NCBI GenBank assembly: GCA_964613445.1
Contig: CAZTGY010000003.1
Coordinates: 1-25,038 of the forward strand
Reading direction: 5' to 3'
Length of the DNA stretch: 25,038 nucleotides
Origin: an uncultured Chromatiaceae bacterium
Lineage (GTDB): Bacteria > Pseudomonadota > Gammaproteobacteria > Steroidobacterales > GCA-2729495
This document shows, in pieces, positions 1 through 6,973 of this stretch. The notes below the pieces were generated by a model that worked only from the letters and a program-made list of their open reading frames with translations, made no database searches and was not told where the DNA came from. Within the stretch, counting starts at the first letter, position 1. Every line of letters starts with the position of its first letter. Made by a program: the position numbers and the translations under genes.

Positions 1-32
1 TGCAGGAGGAGTTCGGCAGCTTCGACCGCTAC

Positions 33-890
33 ATCTGGGACTTCGTGGACGGCATGCGCGACATCGAGGCGCGCACGATCCGCCTGATCGGCGACCCCGA
101 GACCCGCTACCGCGAGGACCCGGTGCGCATGATCCGCGCGGTGCGGCTCGCCGCGAAGCTGGACCTCAAGATCCACCCCGAGGCCGCGGAGCCCATGGCG
201 CGCCTCGGCCGGCTCATCGACAGCGTGCCGGCCGCCCGCCTGTTCGACGAGTTCCTCAAGGTCTTCGAGACGGGCCACGCGCTGGAGGGCTACCGGCGCC
301 TGAGGGCGCACGGGCTCTTCGAGCACCTGTTCCCGGCCACCGCGGAGTGGCTGGCGGCCGACGCGTCCCGGGGCGAGGCGGGGGGGCAGCGCAACCGCTT
401 CATCGAGCGGGCCCTCGCCAACACGGACCAGCGCATCGCCGAGGGCCTCCCGGTGACGCCCATGTTCCTCTTTGGCGTGTTCCTCTGGGGCCCCGTCCAG
501 GAGCGGGCCAACGCCCTGCGGCGCACGGGCCAGCTCTCGGAGGTGCAGGCGCTGATCGATGCCGGGATCGAGGTCACCGAACAGCAGATCGCGCGCATCA
601 CGCTGCCCCGGCGCTTCTCGGTGCCCATGCGGGAGATGTTCCAGTTGCAGCCGCGCTTCAACCGGCGGCAGGGCCGGCGCGCGTCCGTGGTGCTGGAGCA
701 CCGGCGCTTCCGCGCCGCTTATGACCTGCTCGTGCTCCGTGCGGAACTGGGCGACGTGCCGGCAGAACTGGTCGATTGGTGGACGCGCATCCAGACCCTG
801 CCACCCGAGGAGCAGCGCCGCGAGTTCCATGGCGGTCGCGGTGGCGGCCGTGAGCCGCACCGGTCACGGTCCGCCGAACAGTCCGCCTGA
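33..890 (+). CDS. pcnB: Poly(A) polymerase I (5'-truncated; PcnB-like sequence starts at about nt 33)
   Basis: IRLIGDPETRYREDPVRMIRAVR, ARLFDEFLK and HRRFRAAYDLL motifs; directly upstream of folK as in the usual pcnB-folK order. The N-terminal catalytic part is missing from the window. Confidence 0.95.
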   Translation: MWDFVDGMRDIEARTIRLIGDPETRYREDPVRMIRAVRLAAKLDLKIHPEAAEPMARLGRLIDSVPAARLFDEFLKVFETGHALEGYRRLRAHGLFEHLFPATAEWLAADASRGEAGGQRNRFIERALANTDQRIAEGLPVTPMFLFGVFLWGPVQERANALRRTGQLSEVQALIDAGIEVTEQQIARITLPRRFSVPMREMFQLQPRFNRRQGRRASVVLEHRRFRAAYDLLVLRAELGDVPAELVDWWTRIQTLPPEEQRREFHGGRGGGREPHRSRSAEQSA

Positions 891-901
891 GGCCGTCGGC
901 G

Positions 902-1447
902 GTGCCGGCCTCCCTCTGGATTCCCGCCTACGTTGGCGTGGGCAGCAACCTGGACGATCCGGAGGCGCAGGTCCGGTCCGCACTCGAGTCGCTGGCCAGG
1001 ATTCCGGAAACCCGCCGGATCGCCTGGTCGTCGTGCTGGCGCAACCCGCCCTTCGGGCCGGAGCCGCAGCCCGATTTCGTCAACGCGGTGGCGGGTCTCC
1101 TCACCCTGCTGGCGCCGGACCGGCTGCTGGACGAGTTGCTGGCCATCGAGCGCCGGCAGGGCAGGGATCGCAGCGACGGCGTGCGGTGGGGGCCCCGTCG
1201 CATCGATCTGGACCTGCTCGTCCACGGTGCCACGGTGATGGACACCGACGCCCTGGTCTTGCCGCATCCGGGCATCGCGGCGCGAAATTTTGTATTGTTC
1301 CCGCTGCTGGAGATTGCGCCGGGCCTGCACGTGCCGGGACTCGGTCCGGTGTGGCGCCTCGCTGCAGCCCTGAACCAAGAAGAACAACAGGCCGACACCA
1401 ATAACGCATGGGCAATTCCCGTTACATCGCCATCGAAGGCCCCATAG
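902..1447 (+). CDS. folK: 2-amino-4-hydroxy-6-hydroxymethyldihydropteridine diphosphokinase (HPPK)
   Basis: AYVGVGSNL, PQPDFVNAV, WGPRRIDLDLL, LPHP and RNFVLFPLLEIAP motifs; GTG start; the 3' end overlaps the next gene by 40 nt. Confidence 0.95.
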   Translation: MPASLWIPAYVGVGSNLDDPEAQVRSALESLARIPETRRIAWSSCWRNPPFGPEPQPDFVNAVAGLLTLLAPDRLLDELLAIERRQGRDRSDGVRWGPRRIDLDLLVHGATVMDTDALVLPHPGIAARNFVLFPLLEIAPGLHVPGLGPVWRLAAALNQEEQQADTNNAWAIPVTSPSKAP

Positions 1448-2055
1448 GGGTCGGCAAGACCAGCCTCGCCCGCCGGCTGGCCGACGAGCTGGAGGGCGAA
1501 CTGCTGCTGGAGCAGCCGGAGGCCAATCCGTTCCTCGAGAGGTTCTACCGGGACCCGCGGGGCGCGTCGCTGCCGACGCAGCTCTTCTTCCTCTTCCAGC
1601 GGGTCCAGCAGATCGAGCAGCTGCGGCAGACGGACATCTTCGCCGAGACCCGTATCTCGGACTTCCTGATCAACAAGGACCGGCTGTTCGCCGAGATCAA
1701 CCTGGACCGGGCGGAGCTCGACCTGTACGACAAGGTGGCCGAGTCCCTCGCCTTCGAGGCGCCGGCCCCCGACCTGGTCGTGTACCTCCAGGCGCCCGTG
1801 GACACCCTCCTGTTCCGGATCGCCCGGCGGGGCATCGAGTTCGAGCAGCGCATCGGGCGCCGCTACCTGGAACGGCTGGCCGAGGCCTACGCCCGGTACT
1901 TCCACGATTACGACGCCGCGCCGCTGCTCATCGTGAATGCGGCGGTGATCGACCCGGTCCATAATGACGCGCACTTTGGCCTGCTGCTGGAGCAGATCGC
2001 ACGGATCCGCAGCGGCCGGCATTTCTTCAATCCGCTGACCTCGGCGTTCGCGTAG
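1408..2055 (+). CDS. Deoxynucleoside kinase family protein (dGK/dAK-like)
   Basis: Walker A IEGPIGVGKT, NPFLERFY, TQLFFL.QR, SDFLINKD and PDLVVYLQA motifs; conserved position between folK and panB. Confidence 0.9.
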   Translation: MGNSRYIAIEGPIGVGKTSLARRLADELEGELLLEQPEANPFLERFYRDPRGASLPTQLFFLFQRVQQIEQLRQTDIFAETRISDFLINKDRLFAEINLDRAELDLYDKVAESLAFEAPAPDLVVYLQAPVDTLLFRIARRGIEFEQRIGRRYLERLAEAYARYFHDYDAAPLLIVNAAVIDPVHNDAHFGLLLEQIARIRSGRHFFNPLTSAFA

Positions 2056-2060
2056 GCACC

Positions 2061-2891
2061 ATGTACAAGCAACTCCAGCAACGGGACCTGCCGGAAGCGC
2101 CGGTCAACATCTCGACCCTCCGGACCATGAAGGCGGCGGGGGAGCCGATCGCCTGCCTGACGGCCTATGACGCCAGCTTCGCCATGCTGGTGGACCGTGC
2201 CGGGGCGGACCTGGTGCTCGTCGGAGACTCGGTGGGGATGGTCGTCCAGGGGCATGACACGACCGTGCCGGTGACCGTGCAGGACATCATCTACCACTCG
2301 CGGATCGTGCGGCGCGGCCTCGGCCGGGCCTTCCTGGTGGCCGACATGCCGTTCATGAGCTACACCAATCCGTCCCAGGCGCTGGACAATGCCGTCCGCC
2401 TGATGCAGGAGGGCGCGGCGATGATGGTAAAGCTCGAGGGCGGCGCCAGCCAGGTGAAGATCGTCGAGCACCTGGCGGGCCACGACATCCCCGTTTGCGC
2501 CCACCTGGGCCTGCGGCCGCAGTCCGTCCACAAGATCGGCGGCTTCAAGGTCCAGGGCCGCGACCAGGCCCAGGCGGAGCAGATGCTCGAGGACGCCGTC
2601 GCGCTGGAGCAGGCGGGCGCGGACATCCTGCTGCTCGAATGCGTGCCGAACGAGCTCGGGCAGGCCGTGCGGGACGCGGTCACGGTGCCGGTCATCGGCA
2701 TCGGCGCCGGTCCCGGCGTCGATGGCCAGATACTCGTCCTCTACGACATGCTCGGGATCACGCAGGGGCGCATGCCCCGGTTCGTGCGCAACTTCATGCA
2801 GGGCAGTGCTTCGCCGCTCGAGGCGCTCCAGGCCTACGTCGCCGCCGTGAAGGACCGCAGCTACCCCGCACCCGAACACTGCTTTTCCTGA
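2061..2891 (+). CDS. panB: 3-methyl-2-oxobutanoate hydroxymethyltransferase
   Basis: LTAYD, LVGDS.GM, VADMPF, VKLEGG, VPVIGIGAG and GQILV motifs. Confidence 0.98.
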   Translation: MYKQLQQRDLPEAPVNISTLRTMKAAGEPIACLTAYDASFAMLVDRAGADLVLVGDSVGMVVQGHDTTVPVTVQDIIYHSRIVRRGLGRAFLVADMPFMSYTNPSQALDNAVRLMQEGAAMMVKLEGGASQVKIVEHLAGHDIPVCAHLGLRPQSVHKIGGFKVQGRDQAQAEQMLEDAVALEQAGADILLLECVPNELGQAVRDAVTVPVIGIGAGPGVDGQILVLYDMLGITQGRMPRFVRNFMQGSASPLEALQAYVAAVKDRSYPAPEHCFS

Positions 2892-2893
2892 AC

Positions 2894-3745
2894 TTGAAGA
2901 CGGTACGCACGATTGCGAGCCTGCGCGAGAATCTCCGCGGCTGGCGGGGATTCGACGAAACGGTCGCGCTGGTGCCGACCATGGGCAACCTCCACGCGGG
3001 ACACCTGAGCCTGGTGGATGCCGCCCGCAAGCTGGCCGACCGCGTCGTCGTCTCCATCTTCGTCAATCCAACGCAGTTCGGGCCCGGCGAGGACTTCGCC
3101 GCCTACCCGCGCACGCTCGACAAGGACCGGCGCCAGCTGACGCGGGCCAACGTGGACATCCTCTTCGCTCCTCCCGTGGAGGAGATCTACCCCGACCGGG
3201 AACGGCCCGGCACCGTCGTTTCCGTCCCCGGGCTGTCGGGCATCCTGTGCGGCCAATTCCGGCCGGGACACTTCGACGGCGTCGCCTCGGTCGTCACCCG
3301 GCTGTTCAACATCGTCCAGCCGGACAGCGCCGTGTTCGGCCAGAAGGATTACCAGCAGCTGCTGGTGATCCGCCGCCTGCAGGCCGATCTCCACTTGCCG
3401 GTGAAGATCGTCGCCGCCCCGACAGCCCGTGAGCCCGACGGGCTCGCGCTCAGTTCGCGCAACCAGTACCTGGATGACGCGCAGCGGGCCACGGCGCCCG
3501 GCCTGCACCGGGCGCTCGCTGACTGCGCCGAGGCGCTGCGCCGGGGCAGCCGCGAGTTCGAGGTGCTCGAATCGCGCGGCATGGCCGGGCTGGTTGCCGC
3601 AGGATTCAGGCCGGACTACTTCACGATCCGCAATGCCGCGGACCTGGGTACGCCGGCGGCGACGACCCGCAACCTGGCGGTGCTTGCCGCCGGCCATCTC
3701 GGCCGTGCGCGACTGATCGACAATCTGCTGGTGGACCTGACATAG
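2894..3745 (+). CDS. panC: Pantoate--beta-alanine ligase
   Basis: VPTMGNLHAGH (HxGH), SIFVNPTQFG, RPGHFDGV, FGQKDYQQ, ALSSRN and RLIDN motifs. TTG start at 2894 chosen, 2 nt after the panB stop; the ORF track start at 2495 is a read-through of panB. Confidence 0.97.
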   Translation: MKTVRTIASLRENLRGWRGFDETVALVPTMGNLHAGHLSLVDAARKLADRVVVSIFVNPTQFGPGEDFAAYPRTLDKDRRQLTRANVDILFAPPVEEIYPDRERPGTVVSVPGLSGILCGQFRPGHFDGVASVVTRLFNIVQPDSAVFGQKDYQQLLVIRRLQADLHLPVKIVAAPTAREPDGLALSSRNQYLDDAQRATAPGLHRALADCAEALRRGSREFEVLESRGMAGLVAAGFRPDYFTIRNAADLGTPAATTRNLAVLAAGHLGRARLIDNLLVDLT

Positions 3746-3748
3746 GCC

Positions 3749-4804
3749 TCACCCGCTGCGGTTAGCGTGCTGCTCCCGTGCCCAGGCGACGTGCTCCCGC
3801 ACGAGCTCGGACGGGTGGTCGGCCCGAGACTCCAGCGCCCTGATGACGCCGGCCGACGCCGGCGCATTGCCCAGGGCCACCGCGATGTTCCGCAGCCAGC
3901 CCGGGTAACCGGGCCGGCGCAACGCGCTGCCGGCGGTGCGCAGGGACCACTCCTGCTCGGACCAGGCGAAGAGGTCGGTGAGGCGCGCGGCATCGAGGCC
4001 GTGCCGGGGCGCGAAGTCCGGCTCCGTGGTCGGGCGGGCGTAGCGGTTCCAGGGGCACACGAGCTGGCAGTCGTCGCAGCCGAAGATGCGGTTGCCCATG
4101 GCCTTGCGGAATTCGACCGGTATCGGGCCCCGCGACTCGATCGTGAAGTAGGAGATGCAGCGCCGGGCATCCAGCAGGTAGGGCGCGACGATGGCGCCGG
4201 TAGGGCACACCTCCAGGCACGCCCGGCAGCTGCCGCAGTGATCGGTTACCGGCTCATCGGGCGGCAAGGGCAGGTCCGTGTAGATCTCGCCCAGCAGGAA
4301 CCAGGAGCCCGCCTGCCGGTTGATGAGGTTGGTGTGCTTGCCCTGCCAGCCCAGTCCCGCGGCCGCGGCAAGCGGCTTCTCGAGCACCGGGGCGCTGTCG
4401 ACGAAGACCCGGTAGCCGTGCGGCGCGCCAGCCTCGCGGATCCGTTCGGCCAGTTGCCTCAGGCGCCGGCGCAGGAGCTTGTGGTAGTCGCGGCCGAGCG
4501 CGTACCGCGCGATGTAGGCCAGCCCGCCATCCTCAAGGATGCGGTTCGCTGGCGCCGCCATGGCCGGGAGGTAGTCCATGCGGGCCGAGATGACCCGGAC
4601 CGTCCCGGGCAGGAGCTCGTCCGGCCGGGTTCGCTTGCGGCCGTGGCGCGTCATGTAGGTGAGCTCGCCGTGCAGGCCCCGGGCAACCCAGTCGTCCAGT
4701 CGTGCTTCGGCGTCGTCGAGCGACAGGCCGGCAACACCGACCTGCTGGAAGCCGAGGTCGGCGCCCCAGCTCCTGATTTGCTCCAGCAGCTGCCTGAAGT
4801 CCAT
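3749..4804 (-). CDS. queG: tRNA epoxyqueuosine(34) reductase
   Basis: ARYALGRDYHK, FVDSAPVLEK, GLGWQGK, CGSCRACLEVCPTGA, RCISY.TIE and GCDDCQLVCPWN (two 4Fe-4S clusters). Start set at ATG 4804 (MDFRQ...), because the ORF-track start at 4918 overlaps nnr. Confidence 0.97.
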   Translation of the reverse strand: MDFRQLLEQIRSWGADLGFQQVGVAGLSLDDAEARLDDWVARGLHGELTYMTRHGRKRTRPDELLPGTVRVISARMDYLPAMAAPANRILEDGGLAYIARYALGRDYHKLLRRRLRQLAERIREAGAPHGYRVFVDSAPVLEKPLAAAAGLGWQGKHTNLINRQAGSWFLLGEIYTDLPLPPDEPVTDHCGSCRACLEVCPTGAIVAPYLLDARRCISYFTIESRGPIPVEFRKAMGNRIFGCDDCQLVCPWNRYARPTTEPDFAPRHGLDAARLTDLFAWSEQEWSLRTAGSALRRPGYPGWLRNIAVALGNAPASAGVIRALESRADHPSELVREHVAWAREQHANRSG

Positions 4805-4838
4805 GCCGAACTCTGCGCCGGGCCGTGGAGGGGCGATC

Positions 4839-4846
4839 AGTATAAT
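4839..4846. promoter_or_regulatory. Overlapping divergent sigma70 -10 elements (TATAAT on +, TATACT on -) in the 49-bp queG/nnr gap
   Basis: AGTATAAT reads TATAAT (4841-4846) on + and TATACT (4844-4839) on -; it is the only AT-rich patch in the gap. No clear -35 on either strand. Confidence 0.65.
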
Positions 4847-4853
4847 CACCCGC

Positions 4854-6353
4854 ATGTCTGAAGCAGCGACCGGTGTCTGGACTCCCGAGGCCGTGCGGGC
4901 CCTCGACGGAACCGCCACGAGCGCCTTCGGGATCTCCGGCTACGAACTCATGGGCCGCGCCGCCGAAGCCGTGTGCGCCGCTGCCGTCGAACGCTGGCCG
5001 GACGCCCGTCGCTGGGTGGTCCTGTGCGGTGCCGGGAACAACGGCGGCGATGGCTATGTGATCGCGCGCCTGGCGCGGCTAGCCGGCCGCGCCGTGCAGG
5101 TCTGCGCACTCGCCGATCCCGGCCAGCTGACGGGCGATGCCGCGGCGGCCTGGCGGGACTTCGTTGCGGCGGGCGGGGCGACGGTACCCTTCGCGCCGGC
5201 GCTGCTCGCCGATGCCGGCCTGGTGGTGGACGCCCTCCTGGGGACCGGTCTCGCGCGCCCGGTCACGGGTGAGCTCCGCGCGACGATCGAGGCGGTCAAC
5301 GCGGCACAACGCCCCGTCGTCGCCGTCGACATTCCCTCGGGCCTCGATGCCACCACCGGCCTGCCATGCGGGGCCGCTGTCCGGGCGGACCTGACCGTGA
5401 CCTTCGTGGGCCGCAAGCTGGGCCTGTATCTCGGCGAGGGCCCGGCCCACGCGGGGATCGTGGAGTTCTCGGACCTCGGCATTCCCCCAGCCGTCGTCGA
5501 GCGCGCCGGCCTGGCCGGACAGGCCCGGCTGCGACTGTTCACCGCCGGCGAATTGCCCCGCCTCCTGCCGCGCCGGACGGCCACCGCGCACAAGGGCAAT
5601 TTCGGCCACGTGCTCATCGTCGGCGGCAATCACGGGATGAGCGGCGCTGTCCGGCTGGCGGGGGAGGCGGCGCTGCGCGCGGGTGCCGGCCTCGTCAGTG
5701 TCGCGACCCGGCCTGCCCATGCGGCGCTGCTGCCGCTGGCGCGTCCGGAACTGATGTGCCATGGCGTCGCCGATGCCGCGGAGCTTGCGCCGCTGCTGGC
5801 CCGCGCGACGGTCGTGGCCGTGGGGCCGGGGCTGGGCCAGGACGACTGGGCGCGGGAACTGCTGGCGGCCACGCTCGCCACCGGGTTGCCGCTGGTCGTC
5901 GACGCGGACGGCCTGAACCTGCTGGCGGCCGGCCACCGGGCGCGCGGCAACTGGGTGCTCACGCCCCATCCCGGCGAGGCTGCGCGCCTGCTCGACGCGA
6001 CGTCCGCGGCAATCCAGCGGGACCGGCTGGGCGCCCTGCAGTCGCTCCGGCAGCGCTGGGGCGGCACGATCGTTCTCAAGGGCAGCCGGACGCTCGTGGG
6101 CGGCGATGCCGGGCCGCCCTGGGTCATTCCCACCGGCAATCCCGGGATGGCGACCGCGGGAATGGGCGATGCCCTGACCGGCGTCACGGCCGGGCTGCTG
6201 GCGCAGGCGGGAACGGCAGTCCCCGCGGCAGACATCGCGGCGGCCGCGGCCTTCGTGCACGGCGCGGCCGGCGATGCGGCGGCCAGCGGCGGCCAGCGGG
6301 GCATCATCGCGAGCGACCTCATCGGGCAGTTGCGGCCATGGCTGAATCCCTAG
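4854..6353 (+). CDS. nnr: Bifunctional NAD(P)H-hydrate epimerase/dehydratase
   Basis: YjeF_N domain: CGAGNNGGDG, VDALLGTG, VAVDIPSG. Dehydratase domain: HKGNFGHVLIVGG, GPGLG, DADG, LTPHPGEAARLL, GNPGMATAGMGD. Start set at ATG 4854. Confidence 0.97.
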   Translation: MSEAATGVWTPEAVRALDGTATSAFGISGYELMGRAAEAVCAAAVERWPDARRWVVLCGAGNNGGDGYVIARLARLAGRAVQVCALADPGQLTGDAAAAWRDFVAAGGATVPFAPALLADAGLVVDALLGTGLARPVTGELRATIEAVNAAQRPVVAVDIPSGLDATTGLPCGAAVRADLTVTFVGRKLGLYLGEGPAHAGIVEFSDLGIPPAVVERAGLAGQARLRLFTAGELPRLLPRRTATAHKGNFGHVLIVGGNHGMSGAVRLAGEAALRAGAGLVSVATRPAHAALLPLARPELMCHGVADAAELAPLLARATVVAVGPGLGQDDWARELLAATLATGLPLVVDADGLNLLAAGHRARGNWVLTPHPGEAARLLDATSAAIQRDRLGALQSLRQRWGGTIVLKGSRTLVGGDAGPPWVIPTGNPGMATAGMGDALTGVTAGLLAQAGTAVPAADIAAAAAFVHGAAGDAAASGGQRGIIASDLIGQLRPWLNP

Positions 6354-6874
6354 CGGACCCGCCCGCCCGGTCCATCACCTGGCTCCTGCCGGATCCCGCG
6401 GCGACCGCGCAGTTTGGCCGCGCCCTGGCGAAAAGCCTGCCCGGCAGATCGGCCGCACCGCTCGTCCTGTACTTCGAGGGCGAGCTGGGGGCCGGCAAGA
6501 CGTCCCTGATCCGTCACCTGCTGGCGAGCCTGGGTCACGAGGGACGCGTGCCCAGCCCCACGTACACGCTCGTCGAGCCCTATGCACTCGAGCGCCATCG
6601 CGTGCTGCACGTGGACCTGTACCGGTTGCGGGATCCCGCCGAGCTGGACGATCTAGGGCTGGCGGATGACCTTGCCGCCGGCGACGGGCAGGGGCGGACC
6701 AGCCTGCTGCTGGCGGAGTGGCCGAGCCGGGGAGCGGACCGCCTGCCGGGGCCGGACCTCGTCCTCGATCTGGCGATCCGGGGCGATGGCCGGGAAGTTC
6801 GTCTGACCCCGCGCACGACGGCCGGATCTGGCGTCCTTCGCGAGATGCAGCGGGGCCTGCCGGGCGGTTTCTGA
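6338..6874 (+). CDS. tsaE: tRNA threonylcarbamoyladenosine biosynthesis ATPase
   Basis: GELGAGKT, SPTYTLV, HVDLYRL and EW motifs; the ATG at 6338 overlaps the nnr 3' end. Confidence 0.97.
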   Translation: MAESLADPPARSITWLLPDPAATAQFGRALAKSLPGRSAAPLVLYFEGELGAGKTSLIRHLLASLGHEGRVPSPTYTLVEPYALERHRVLHVDLYRLRDPAELDDLGLADDLAAGDGQGRTSLLLAEWPSRGADRLPGPDLVLDLAIRGDGREVRLTPRTTAGSGVLREMQRGLPGGF

Positions 6875-6881
6875 TCAACGC

Positions 6882-6909
6882 GGCAGGTAGTCCACCTATC
6901 TGCCTATTT
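6882..6909 (+). terminator. Hairpin after tsaE, possible weak intrinsic terminator
   Basis: GGCAGGTAG-TCCAC-CTATCTGCC forms a 9-bp stem with one G:U pair, followed by TATTT. Confidence 0.4.
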
Positions 6910-6924
6910 CATATGAGAAAACTA

Positions 6925-6953
6925 TTCCGGTAGCGGGCTGGATTAAGTATACT
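6925..6953 (+). promoter_or_regulatory. Putative sigma70 promoter for the amidase gene
   Basis: TATACT at 6948-6953 in an AT-rich gap; the 17-nt-spaced -35 (TTCCGG) is a poor match. Confidence 0.5.
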
Positions 6954-6973
6954 TCCGCCCGCCAAAGGGATTT

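Noticed and set aside
6909-6927. Possible Fur box in the AT-rich gap before the amidase
   Set aside because: My manual alignment gave only 9/19 matches to GATAATGATAATCATTATC.
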